In this document: positions 33,559 through 46,218 of the stretch, piece by piece
How positions within the stretch are numbered: position 1 is the stretch's first letter
Layout: each line of letters starts with the position of its first letter
From: Patellaria atrata CBS 101060
Lineage: Eukaryota
Length of the DNA stretch: 64,000 nucleotides
Direction of reading: 5' to 3'
NCBI GenBank assembly: GCA_010093705.1
Contig: MU006116.1
Coordinates: 99,424 to 163,423, forward strand
The notes under the pieces: model-generated
Database searches by the model: none
Seen by the model: only the letters and a program-made list of their open reading frames with translations
What the model was told of the DNA's origin: nothing
Translations under genes and position numbers: made by a program

Positions 33559-35629
33559 AACAAACCCGAGCGAACTCGATGCTTTCTTCGTTTCGTGAGC
33601 ATTTTTAGACTTGTACTGTATTCCGAGCGTTGCATGCTAGATAGCTCCATAGGGCTCTGTACAGTACAATCAGCCATTTCTCACATCTTTCTCTCACCTA
33701 CCACATTCTCGTCTCATAGTGTTATCTTGGCCACCGATTTCGAACGGGGTCAGCTCCGATGATGCAGAAGCTTCCCGTTTAGAGCAAAGAGGACATGGCC
33801 CCACGCGACAATTGAGCTGAGAACGTGGTGAAGATCTTTACTCCACATGGGTAGGTCACTTGCAGACGAGTGCTTTAAGGTTTGATCACCTTCCGCTTAT
33901 CCCGCTTACCGTGGTCTCCGATACTTTGTTTTCACTTCCTCTTATTATTCTTAGGTGCAGTTGATAATTCTCCTTGACCGAATTCAGCCCGACGGAGGCC
34001 AAGTAAAGAGGCAATTGGGCCCAATCTATCACAATTGAGCTCTTCCGAAGGGTTACCTTTCACTCGATTAGGTCCCTTGTTGGGTGTGGTGGACTCGTGT
34101 GGAGAACATATGTCCAGGTTGAGGCTCTTGATGGCCATGCTGATCTTTACGGTTATTATACTCGTACCGAAGCTGTATGGAATACGATCTTCAGTCTATC
34201 CGACGAAGCGACGACGATCGAATATTTTGGTGAAGATCGTCCGGCCAGGCTTTAACAGTGGTTAAGAGATGGAGGGCTTTCGGCCTGACAAAGAGAAAGT
34301 GCCAGTCCGAGATTTCAAACACTCTAACCGGGGCTGCCCGGTGTTATGCACACTTTAACAGGTGGCAGATTTAGCGCCATGCAGATATTCTTTGAACTCC
34401 AAACTCCCATGGATTGATGGATGCCATTTAGTGTTCCTTTTGTCGTGCAGCTGAACCTACCATAACCTTAGCGACATCCTTTGGGCGTTCTGGAGCGAGG
34501 ATGGAGCCCTTGGAGTCAGTTCGAGGGGACTTTTGTAAAGATCCCGGCCTGAGTGTTACCGTGGGTTACCCTTAAGGTGCGGGAAGCGTCATCTATGTAG
34601 AATGACGGCGGTGACGTTTCTCGCTTCATCGGCCTACATTTTGTTTCGACGGCAGGTCATGCAACGTCAGCAGCAACGCAGGATTAAAGAGCATCTGGAT
34701 CCCTTTGATTCTATATATCGAAGGGAATCAATTGGCGATGGGGCATATGAGAGAGAGAAGCAACTCACTGTGGGGCGTTTCGATTCATTAGTGCACATGT
34801 TGGTTGGGAGACAGACTGTTAGGAGTTTTGCACACAAATGGAAATCGGATATTTCCAAAAGCGACACACAGGCAACCAACTGTCCGGAGAGATACAGGCT
34901 AAGATACACACGCCCTTTTCATGCGAGTCCTACCTTGATAGATAGGAGCCTATCTGTTAAATCACTTGCTTGCGCAAGATTCCTGCCCTGCCCTGTTCTT
35001 TGCCCAGTCTTACCCTGGGGATAGTTCTACCTACCAAGCTATCAAGATTCCGAAAGCTACAGTATCACCACATCCCCACACTTTTTTTCTTTCTAAATTA
35101 ATTCTTTTCAAACTTATCCCTTGCTTTTCCAGCTTCGTCTCCTCTTTAGTAAATATAATAACCTCTCTTGTCCTCAACACCTCCTTCCTTTCCCTTTTTC
35201 TGGTTCCGAGTGCATCTAACAAGCACACGACTTCCCACCTCAAGTCACCGCACCCCCACCTCACCTACCTCAACTTACCCCTCCATCACCGAAGGCGGAA
35301 CTACAGTGCCTTTGGTTAGATCCCTTTCGCACGGAATTTTAGGACACCTTGCCTATTCAACTAGAGGTTCTGGGAGCTTCAGCTTTGAAAGGAAAACAAT
35401 CTCACGTTTCACTGTTGTTCTTATTTCACGCCGGATCGACGAGCCAGAAGGGTCGAATACATCTACCTTTCGTCATAGCGCCCTGACCTTTCGACCGCCC
35501 CGCGTGGCACTCTTGCGACATCGATAAACGAATTTCTTCCTCCGTATCCCCCAACATAAATCGCTGTACATTTACTTTTGGCCTTAAACATTATCCATCA
35601 AATCCTATAGGTTTTCCTGAACAGCAAAG

Positions 35630-36203
35630 ATGGCACGGACAACCGATCATCCAGAGGACAGGGTTAGTCATCAGACCTTAGTCGAGTCGCCATTTGACTG
35701 ATCTCAAAGCGTAGAGCGAGGAGGGTTCTACCGGCCTTCCTGAAGCTGGTGATAGCATCGATACTTCCACTTTTGAGCAGATCCTCGAGATGGACGAAGA
35801 CGAGGATGAAAGGGAATTCAGCAAGAGCATCGTTTACGATTTCTTCCAGCAAGCGGAGAGCACATTCAACAATATGGATACGAAGCTGTACGTACATCAA
35901 TTACTGGTGACAAGGTTCGAGCTGCCGGCTGACATTCGGAATAGCGCAAGTAAGGACCTGGAGACGCTATCATCACTCGGCCACTTCCTCAAAGGTTCAT
36001 CCGCCACACTCGGTCTCACGAAAGTCAAAGACTGCTGCGAGAAGATTCAAAACCTCGGCTTGAGAAAGGACGAAACGGGATCGAAGGATGAACATGACGA
36101 CGAGAAGAGCTTGGGTAAGATCAAGGAGCAGATCAAGCTGGCAAAGCAAGAGTTTCAAGAAGTCGAGAAAGTTCTAAAGAAGTTCTATCATGATGACGCA
36201 TGA
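35630..36203 (+). CDS. YPD1: Histidine-containing phosphotransfer protein Ypd1
   Basis: ATG at 35630 and two introns. Motifs TFEQILEMDEDE..FSKSIV and LSSLGHFLKGSSATLG carry the HPt phosphoacceptor His. Confidence 0.95.
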
Positions 36204-37054
36204 TCCGACCACCGTAAGACGGTTTTTAACTTACCTAGCGCTCAGGGATTGGTTTATTGTGGGGAAGACGAGCTTGCATAATGAGCGATGAATGGCTCGT
36301 ATCATGAGATAGAGATGACGGACTTCCGTTGTATGCATTCAGAACGACTTTAGATTAGTCTTCATAGCTTTAGACTGAGCAATCACTTGAATGTGTGTCT
36401 GCAGTCCACGTTCCGTATTCTCCAATACTCACCTTTTGTGTTTCCCGCATATTGGCTTCCTACTTGATTAAGGCCAATTTATCACTTCAAGATATTACGT
36501 CTGTATACTATCCCCATTGTAGAATCTTCGACTACCGTGTGCTCGTCCTGACAGGACGGGAATACATGAGGTATCCTAAATGCATGAACAGCGTTAGTGC
36601 ATAGACCTCCTCATGAATATACGCTCTTAGAGAGGTCTCTAACTTCCATATGCAGAATATCCGAAATGTAAAAGAAAAGTACGATCATAATACCCGACAG
36701 GGCTTGACCGGTACTGATAGCTGAGGCTGCGGCATCTGGTGAATGAACCATTAGAACTACCCTGTAATGGTACAGAAAACATAGGAGAGCAATTCACGAT
36801 TGGAAAAAGGATATGTCTTGCATCTCACTTTGATTCCTACTTCAATGTTAAAGTAGTTCAAAATTCTCAAAATATCGTCAGTCAAACTTCAAACAAAACC
36901 TGACAACTACCCAAAATGCGGCTAAATCGCGGCTAGAAAGCTGTGACGTGGGAGCGTCACGATCCCAAGGAATCATTCTCGCTACTTGTTTGTTTAGAAA
37001 TATTTCTAGAACAGAAACTTCTCCGCCAATATCAGAAGAATAAAATCATATATC

Positions 37055-38081
37055 ATGGACACTCCTCCAGAGGTCCCCGGCGAAACCCCTAATCAGCGAC
37101 AAGCTCGTCTCCGACGCGAACGTCGCAATGCCCAACTCCAAGCCGGCGGTTCAGAACGCCTTGCGAAAATCACGGGCGCGAGCGGTCGGCCTGCTCCTGC
37201 TCCTGAGTCCCGTATTCCCTCCCCTTCTTCTCCTCTACCTCTATTTATTTTATCTAATATTTAAATCTCCCCATGTAGCTCCAGTAGTATCAACCCCACC
37301 CGTCTCGCAAACCCCAGATCCAAAGGAAGTTGATATAAGCGAACACTACTACAAACCCTCTTCCCGCTCACGAACAGATCTCCAAACTTTCGATAGTAGT
37401 TCTGCACAGGATGGCTCCGGTCTTGGGAACATGAATAATCTCCCACAAAACCCCTTCGCAGCATTCCTCGGTCTAGGATCTCTACCAGGCTCTAATGCTC
37501 CCTCCTCCGACAGTCCAAACGACCCAATGCTCGCCATACTTTCTCAGCTCCTGCAAGGCCAGTCGCCCGATCCCAACGATCCTAATGCGGCCGGCGGCCT
37601 TCCTCCAGGCCTCGCAGAGATGTTTGGGGCAGGTGGACAAACACCTCCCCAACAGCGAAGTAGTACAAGCCGAATATGGGCAATCGTCCACTTCGTCTTC
37701 TCCCTCTCCCTCGTCGTTTACGTCGCCCTTTACTCTAACTTCACCGGCACCGTCGCGCGCACTACCTCTCCCTCTTCGCCGGTATTCGATACCCATTCTG
37801 CTGCGGATGGTCTGGCGGACGGGGTAGGCAAGCGTCTGTTTTGGCTGTTCGCAACGGCAGAGTTAGTATTGCAGAGCACGCGCTTCTTTTTGGAGAGGGG
37901 AGAGTTGAGGTCGGAAGGGTTGTTGGGGAGCTTGAGTCGAATGTTACCGGAGCCTTGGTCAGGGTGGATCAGGGTAGTCGGTCGGTATGGGGTTATTTGG
38001 AGGACGGTGGTGGGGGATGCGATGGTTGTTGTTTTTGTGTTGGGTATGTGGGCGTGGTGGAATGGTACAGCTGTCGCTTAG
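37055..38081 (+). CDS. GET2: GET complex subunit Get2/CAML-like ER membrane receptor
   Basis: N-terminal QARLRRERR..GGSERLAKITG Get3-binding motif, intron 37212-37278, DPKEVDISEH motif and three C-terminal TM segments. Confidence 0.82.
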
Positions 38082-38347
38082 GGGATGAGAATGGTATCAT
38101 ATAGGAATAACGTGAAGTGAGACGTATGAGTGGAGATGAAGAAGCCTATCATGCCCAAAGGATTTGAAATATGCGAAAGATTTACAATGAACGCCAAGCC
38201 CATGCATCCTCTGTTATACAAAGTACGTACAGTACAGGATAAACACCTCGATACAACCTCACCTTCGCCTTTCCATTTTCTGATCTCCTTCCATTTTCCC
38301 CTCTGCACAACGGAAATATCCTTCCATCCGGTTCTACCTCTCTCGCT

Positions 38348-39172
38348 CTAAGCGATAGAACCTCTTGCAGCTTTCAACCTCGCTTCCTCCGCTTTCCTCG
38401 TTGCTACCACCTCCGCCACCTTCCTCCGATCCCTCTCACTCCTCAACGCCGTCTCCTTCAACATCCTACTTAGGGTAAGATCCTCTTCAGTCGGCTCGAC
38501 CTCCTTGGCCCCCGACACCGCCGCAAATTCATCATAGATATCTTCTATCGTCCTATGTTTCAGGGGGATTGTGTGAGTGAATTCTTCCTCCTGAGCCTCC
38601 GATGGTTGGGCAGAGATTTGGGAAGAAGGTGATTTTGGCATCCGGGAGACGGGAATGGAGGTCGTGGTTGTAAAAGCCGGGGGGGAGGAGGCCAGGTTGG
38701 TGGGAATAGATGAGTAGTGAAGGGTTAGGGTGGAGGCGTCGGTCTGGGGGAGGGTTTGGTCCACGGTCATTGGGATGGTGGGGTTGCGGAATTTGAGACG
38801 GGGGAGGATTTTGCGCCAGAATTGTCTGTTTCGATACAACGATATCAGCTTCATTCTCTATTTGGGCGGAGGGGAGAAGGAGTGGAACTTGAGGAGAGAG
38901 ACTTACCGAGCCCCCAAATGTCCATCTGACAACTTCGGCGCGAACGCAAGATGTATTCTTTTAACTTCGGGTGCGAGCGTTGCAGCGCCGAGGCCCATTC
39001 GTATTGTGAGAAGCTATGATATGATTAAATATAAGAATTTATATTTCGAGGAGAACAACCCGGAACGTGTATACCTTCTATAAGCAATTGAGGTTAGTTA
39101 TTGAGCATTTGAAGAGAATTTCAGGGAGCTTACAGATTGAAGCTTTCGCATTCGCTTTGCTATGCCCACCAT
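38348..39172 (-). CDS. MRP49: Mitochondrial ribosomal protein Mrp49/mL61 (L51/S25/CI-B8 domain)
   Basis: Exons 39172-39134, 39077-39075 (3 nt), 39013-38907 and 38825-38348 give MVGIAKRMRKLQSKLLTIRMGLGAATL..HLAFAPKLSDGHLGARQFWRKILPRLKFRNP. Confidence 0.87.
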
Positions 39173-39550
39173 CTTGGTTGTGAGATTTGATGGGAGTTTG
39201 TATCTACACAGTCCTGAATTGAGATTGAAGATGCGCGATGGGAAATTCTGTCGGAGCGGAATCTCTTGGCCGAATCTGGTCGCACTTGGGCCTCTGAGCT
39301 TATTATGTGAGACATACGATGACAGCATAATTCAACCTCACATTGTACAGTCGAAGCTGGAGAGATTTAAACAATACTATTTTACAGTTGTTACATGTAT
39401 GTATTCAAGCTGGGGCAAAACCCGTTTTGTACGGTGATACACTCCACCAGTTCTGTATTCAATCCACAAGCTAGTCGATGTACGGCCACTGTACAGCTTT
39501 CACGAGTCGAGAACAAGCCTACTACATCTTGGACAAGACCATTATCGAGT

Positions 39551-40681
39551 ATGGCACGTAAAAGGGTCAAAAGTGGGAAGACATCGGGTCCTACAACCGC
39601 CAAAAAACCTCCTTTGACTCACTTTCTCTGCTTCCCTTTAGTAACCGAGGCTTCGCGGCCAATTCTGCAAGAATCCATGAATCGTTTCGCCAAAGCGATT
39701 ATAAGGGCTGAGGACGGTTCTTACAAGGAAGATCCGATCTTTCCACCAGCTGCCATCCGCCCTGTTGGCACTCTTCATCTGACTTTGGGGGTTATGAGCT
39801 TACCGAAACCCGAGCAGCTAGAGGGAGCTCTTTCTCTTTTGAAGAGCTTGGATGTTGTATCTATGCTGAAAGATATTGACCTTAAGATTAAGGGGGTCAA
39901 TGAAGGCAGTAGAGAGGTGGAAACGCAGAAACCGGGCCATATCGAATCCTCAAATGAAGGGGAAAATAAATCGGCGTCAGATCAGAGTACTGTTGACGTC
40001 TCCAATACGAGTGTCGACGTATCAAACATCTCGGCCAAAAATTCGGAAAAACAAGCTGTAATAGAGACCGTAACCCCGTTGGTAATAAACCTGAAATCCC
40101 TCTCAACTACTAAAGGACCTACGAAAGCCTCAAATCTATTTGCGCCTCCAGAGGATTTAACATCCCGCTTACAACCGTTTGCGGAGGCACTCAAGAACCT
40201 CTTCACAGATGCTGGGTTTATGTTCAAAGAAGAGCGAAGATTGACTCTTCATGCAACCGTTGTCAACACGATATATGCTCGTCCTGGCGGTCGTCGAGGG
40301 AGACCGGCACCCTTGACTAGGGAAAAAGATGTTCATACTGAAAAATTTCAAATGCAGAAGGAGAGCGAGACCCTAGGAGAGCACGAAGAAGATGACCACA
40401 ACTTGAGTGGTGAAGACGATCCTATAGATACAGGAGGAACTGCGACTGAAATCTCAAAGTCTACACCGGCCGGATCTGTAAAGGCTCCGCCTAAGGCCAG
40501 AGGTCCGATCAAGTTCGATGCTACTCCACTGTTGGCTCGGTATAAGGACTATGTCTGGGCGAACAAGATTCGGATCGAGAAAGTTGCAATATGCAAGATG
40601 GGCGCGACGAAGATCTTAGATGAGTCCGGAAAACCTATAGACGCGGCTTATGAGGAGGTCGCATCTATCCCATTACCGTAA
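39551..40681 (+). CDS. AKAP7/ASCC1-like 2H phosphoesterase (AKAP7_NLS domain)
   Basis: PLTHFLCFPL and both 2H motifs (LHLTLGVM, LHATVVNT) intact; IEKVAICKMG...YEEVASI at the C-terminus. Divergent from MRP49. Confidence 0.85.
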   Translation: MARKRVKSGKTSGPTTAKKPPLTHFLCFPLVTEASRPILQESMNRFAKAIIRAEDGSYKEDPIFPPAAIRPVGTLHLTLGVMSLPKPEQLEGALSLLKSLDVVSMLKDIDLKIKGVNEGSREVETQKPGHIESSNEGENKSASDQSTVDVSNTSVDVSNISAKNSEKQAVIETVTPLVINLKSLSTTKGPTKASNLFAPPEDLTSRLQPFAEALKNLFTDAGFMFKEERRLTLHATVVNTIYARPGGRRGRPAPLTREKDVHTEKFQMQKESETLGEHEEDDHNLSGEDDPIDTGGTATEISKSTPAGSVKAPPKARGPIKFDATPLLARYKDYVWANKIRIEKVAICKMGATKILDESGKPIDAAYEEVASIPLP

Positions 40682-41696
40682 AAGCGAAACGTAAGACATT
40701 ATAATTATCAATAGAGCTCTTCAGACTATTCCGGGGACAAGATTTGTAGCACCGCCAGCGTTTGCCTAGGAGAATAACATGAATGGATAGACATCCACGC
40801 GACAAAGTGTTGAAGTTATGAAATCATATTCTGCTTACTGATGAAGCTGGTCTCGGGGATATATAGGTTTTGATGGACCGAAGGATGGGTTTATGACCTG
40901 GATGGGGTAAATTTTGGCTGATACATATCAGTCATGCGGAAGGCCATTTCGAACGTTTCCTTAAACAAGGAGAGGAGATGGTTGTCTTTTTGCGAACTTC
41001 AAATAATGAATCAACTCACATCTTTCCGGCGAGACGGTTCTTGAATCTTGATCGCGCTCGCCAGTCGCCACTAGAATTGGCGCTACGGCTCCTGCCGGTT
41101 ATCCTGCCATCGATATCTACCTACAGGTTATCCAGGATTAGGGAAGTACGTATAGCGGGTACTGCAGTATTTTTTCGAAGCCAACTTCGGACAATCAATA
41201 ATAAATGGCGGTGGAGTGCGATACGCTGTATATCACAACCCAGAGACAAGTGAGATCACTGCGACTCAGACATGTCGCAGCACAATCTTTTATGATTTTA
41301 TCAAGATTTCGAGTTGTCTCACGAGCATGATAGCAACATTTTGTGCGTGGTTTCAGGTCTCCATCTCAACTGCGATATGCCACTCGTGGCGCTCTCAGGA
41401 GCAGCTGAAGAAAATCGTCGTTTTTCTCCTTTGTCTTTACTCAAACTAACATGAATTGGGCTCAGTACGAAATCATGCTAAGCAAGCGTGATAATTATTA
41501 CATTATCATTGGTCTGGATGAAGTGGGTTGAAGGAATTGAAGTTCGATGCGTCTCAAGGGTTAGCGAGGCTTAATCGAACAACCTGGAGCAGATCCAGAT
41601 CCGATCATTTCCCACCATTCCGTCCAGAGTTTACGATGCCTAAAAGAGTGGAAAATCTCTGTCCAGCACCTTTTCGTGTTCAATAGGATACAGACC

Positions 41697-41758
41697 GTGT
41701 GTACCATTCAGGTACTGTACTGTACAGTACAGTACAAGGCTGAAGGTATGGTACGTAC
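41697..41758. repeat. Perfect 24-bp palindrome inside an extended hairpin
   Basis: GTACTGTACTGT|ACAGTACAGTAC at 41712-41735, flanked by TTCAG/CTGAA and GTACCA/TGGTAC arms. Confidence 0.8.
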
Positions 41759-42555
41759 TATGGGAACCATACTGTAGGGTGTCGATATGAACACTAACTT
41801 CCAACTTTTCCTCATGCCGTGCCCAGCCGTCGATCGAAGAGCTCCATTCAAGTCCAAGATTCATTTTCGGCTCTTGCATAGCCCAAACGTCGATTCGTTT
41901 TTGCAACTTTTCGGTCTGTTTTTCCTTTGAATGTTAGTCGAACCTTTTCTCTCAACCATATCAAGTTCGTTCAGCGCTCGAATTCAACTAAAAGCGTTTC
42001 AGTGGGGATATTCAGTTGTTCAAAGACTTTCAAAATTCAAATACCTCATCAGTAGTCCATCCCTGCATTGGAAAGATCCGCTAGACACCAATCGCGTGGC
42101 GCTACGGGCTTTAAGTGTTTCGATCTTTCCAGTTCATTTTCAAAGACGATTGTTGGCATTTTGTGGGTTTAGCTCCTAAACTTGTCCCTGTTGAGTACAC
42201 TTGCAGAAGTCTAAACGCGTTCCTGCGGTAGTGATAGCCCATCCAACTTTCTGGGCATCAACTTCGACCATTCGGGATGTTTTTACCCCTTTTCCTATCC
42301 AATCACTTTGAACTGCTTTTCTCACTACGGAAAGCCACGCTGTAGAATGATAGAGAGATAAGGGCAATAAAATCCAGCCCCTCAGCTCAATCAGCCACCA
42401 GGGCTCTTTGTCATGCTCCCCTGAACTGATCACCACAGTAAAATGGTAGTATACCCCTCGAACTTAGCACCAGGCACGCGATCATTCTCTCTTTTCATAT
42501 CTCCCTCTTTCGACGCTCTTGTGTCATCCATTCATTCTAGTTTGTCGTTGTAGAG

Positions 42556-43831
42556 ATGGCTGTCGATATGTCTCAACCACTACATTCATTTAGTTCATAT
42601 CGTTCTTGCGCTTTGAGTACTGCGTACACTCGCCTCCTTCTCGTTTCAGGGATATTCTTATCATTATTTTTCCTCACAATCGCCAGTTTACATCCTAGAA
42701 CTTCACAACATCTACCCACGTCAGTCACTTCAGCAGTTCATGGTGCTCTCGAAAAGATCCATCCTAGCCAGCATGAAAAATTAGCGTATACCACGTTCCT
42801 AGCAGGCACGGTAGCTTCATCTGAAAATATAACCGCCAATGACTTCGATCTTGATGTTTACTTCCAAGCTGCCCGTCTATTGGGATATCATGTAATGCAC
42901 AAGCCTAGCACTCGAACTCGACGTGGTGTCGATTGGGTCGTACTTGTTACACCAACCGTACCTGAGCTCAAGAAGGAAAGACTAAGAGCTGACGGTGCTA
43001 TTGTCGTGGAAGTCGACCCGGTGGAGACTGGCGACTGGTTCCATCCGGGATTGGAGAAATGGAGCGAGGTGATGTCGAAACTGAGACTTTGGCAGCTTAC
43101 CGAGTACGACCGTATGCTGTTCCTCGACACTGATAGCGTGCTTATTAAGAATATCGACGGTATTTGGGAAGATCCTGGCGCGATGATGGTGAAGTCTGTT
43201 CGTGAACCTGTGAGTCCGGTCATGGACGATGAGACGCCGATTCCTGAAAAGTTCCTCTTCGCTAGTGTACCTGAGGTAAGATTCTACCATAAACCGAAAT
43301 CAAATGATGCCATCGGAAAATCCTGTACTGACCTCCTCTCAGTCAAAGCCCGAGCACAACTTCCCGCCCAAAGATTCGGACTTTTGGCACGGCCACAATT
43401 ACTTCAACGCAGGCTTCTTCATGCTCTCTCCATCCACCGAGCTCTTCGATCACTACCTCTCCATCGCCTCTCCGGCCAACGCTTCACAGCCTAAATTTAA
43501 CTCCGCCTGCCCCGAGCAGAATCTCCTGAATTACGCCCATCGCCGCGAGGGTGCCATGCCCTGGCAAGACCTCGCAGTGACCTGGAATATCATCCGCGCT
43601 AGTAAAAAGGATATCGATAGAGGAGCGTTCAGTCTGCATACGAAGTGGTGGAATGCCAATCAAGATATTCAGGAGTTCCTTGGGAAGGAGTTGGAACGTA
43701 TGAAGGGTTTCTATGAGGGCTGGGATGAGAGAAGAAGGGAGGTTGAAGGGGCAGTAGTACCAGGGACGGCCATGAAGTTGAAGAGATGGGTTAAAAAGCA
43801 GGTTTATGAGTGGACGGACGTACCGGTGTGA
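42556..43831 (+). CDS. Glycosyltransferase family 8 (Gnt1/glycogenin-like, type II membrane)
   Basis: N-terminal TM anchor; motifs KLRLWQLTEYDRMLFLDTDS (DxD), YFNAGFFMLSP, EQNLLNY and HTKWW. Intron 43276-43342. Confidence 0.9.
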
Positions 43832-44339
43832 TCTCGGTTCTTCTACATTTCTCTTAACTCACTTCTTCGGCGTTTATGGCTTCGATATGGTATGGGTATG
43901 AGATTTCTATAGAGGGCATCTGAAGAAAGTGAATGGCGTAATTTTCAAGTAACGGATAATCATGGTATCCATGTCTGGTTGATCTGAACTAAGCTTATCT
44001 CTAACTATCACCGTCTACAATCCCCTAGTTCCAGATTGAGAGATTCACTTTTCTCAGCCCCAGCCACGATCCAATAATCAACACTATTTCCTCTAATTGC
44101 TCGTGGTAGTGGCATTCTGGCACAACAGTCCTCCTTCCAGAGGTCGGTGAGAGTTAGCACTCACAACATGCTTTGGGCTTATATTTTAACATCGGAAGGG
44201 ATCCCTGAGAACTTTACATTGTTTACAAGGCCTCGAATGTGGAACCGTTGTTTCGGCAGCATGCTTCCTTCTGAGCTGGGACTAGTCGCCCTTTCTTCCT
44301 CCTCGATGCCCATATAAGCTTGTGGCCTCGACTCCTTTA

Positions 44340-45842
44340 CTTTCGGGGTGCGCTTAGATTGCTCCCTTTGTATTTTGTGTTGCGCATATGAGCGTTAGAG
44401 GTCGATGGGATGGCTTGCTCTCACTGTCTTTTGTTGCTCATATGAGCCTTGGAAACCGACGGGATGGTATCCTCTACGTCTTCCTCCATCTCTTTATACC
44501 CTTCAGTACGCAAAAGGGTTTTGAAGTCTTATACCGTTTGTGGCTTACGGTCAATCAAGCCCCTTGCCGGTTTGGATTTGTCCTCGGAGTCTAATAACTT
44601 CCTCTTCGCTTTCATCCTTTGTACTGGTAAAGTTGGTTGTGGTTGCTGACCCTTGATTAGGGCCCCTTCATATTGCTTCTCCATACTGGATCTCAATTCT
44701 TCCGGATCATCCCTTGTAGAAAGGTCGTTCAATGTTCGTTCAATGTTCTTTCCAGTTATTGGTACTTTCTTTTTTGAGACTTTCGACTCAACATCGGCTT
44801 GAAGAAGAGTGATCTGGGCCTACATTCCCCTAATCGTCTCCTCTAAAGAATTGACATTACCTTGTGGTAACTTCCTCTCTCAGAAGGTGGTTATATGGGC
44901 TTTGATGGTTGCTAACTCATTCTCCGTCTCAGTCAAGCTTTCCCCAATCCTATTCTCGCGATCCATATATGCCTTGTCATTTTCACTTAGTCTTTCTCCC
45001 ATATGAGATCGTGTGTTGACTGCGATCTCCTTGATCCTGCCTATACCTTCGTATTCTCGGTCAGTCGATGAACAAATCCTCCCTGACTCCGTTGCAGTGC
45101 CAAAATTTCCTCCTTTACGGTTGATTGTAGGGTCGAAAGTCTTTTATCAGCTGACTCCATCTGTTTCGTCATAGCGTTGTCACTCTCGAAATGTCTTTCC
45201 TCACTCTCAGTGAAGCGATGACCTAGTTGTTCTTCACTTTCTTGTAAAGCTGCTTGTATGGATGTAAGGGTTTCATCTACGACGTCCATACGTTTCGTCG
45301 CAATGTCGTCACGCTCGCGCTATGTCTCAGTCGTAACTAACTGTTGAGAGACTAGATTCGAGAGCTTTGCTTCCATTTAAGTAATACGATCATTGATTAC
45401 CGTATGTCGCTCGAGTTCCATCTTCTCCATCGTTCTCAAACATTGTGACAGTCTTTCTTGGGACTCCGCTATCATAGTGACTCTCTCGTTTTGCTCTTCG
45501 AACTTCACGCCTACTTGCATGATGAATTCCCTCAACTCTTGTCGTACGGCATTGATCTTCGAATCCATATTGGCTCTCGTGAAAGCGTTAGAATCGTCCT
45601 TGTTTTTGTTAGTTTCTATGTTCAGGTACTCAATAGTTCTATTGAATCCAGTTTCAAGCCGGTTCACCTTTTCGGTGACAAGAGATTCTAACTGGTCTCC
45701 AAGTTATGAGAGGTTGGAGTTTGAGAGAGATGTTCTTCTCTAAGGAATCTTGATCGTTGCGTATTGTTTCAGACAAATTGCCTGCCGGCTCCCACTCCTC
45801 CACGATTGCATTGATCTCTGCGAGAATATGTTGAGTCAACAT
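44340..45842 (-). pseudogene. Decayed long coiled-coil protein gene
   Basis: Heptad-rich E/Q/K/L segments continue across in-frame stops (45377, 45320, 44880, 44820, 44529) and frameshifts. Boundaries are approximate. Confidence 0.6.
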
Positions 45843-46218
45843 ACTGCATGAAGAAAGATCGCAGTCCTTGTCGAAATAATCGACATAGTAGATGGATGAT
45901 GACAGTATGAAGAGTGCCCAGATGGAAATAAGGTAACGAGAGGAAAAGCGGGCAAGCGGAAAGCAGACAGACGAAAGGTGACCAAACGAAAAATCCAGAC
46001 GGCAATGACCCAAAATGGAAGGAATATGGCGGGTGATATAGATAATCGTAATAGGAAGTCGCGGATTACCATCCCCCATACCGAGATTATCGTCCCACGC
46101 GACTACGCAAGACCTTTACACATCAGGGCACTCATCATCAAACCTATCCATCTTAATCGGTAATTTTCTCTTCATCTCCCTATTTAATCGATCTGATTAT
46201 CCCATATAAGTACTCAAA

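Noticed and set aside
33600..35600. Several 76-140 aa ORFs upstream of YPD1
   Set aside because: No motifs; the pyrimidine-rich composition fits promoter and 5' UTR, probably with a UTR intron ending near 35610.
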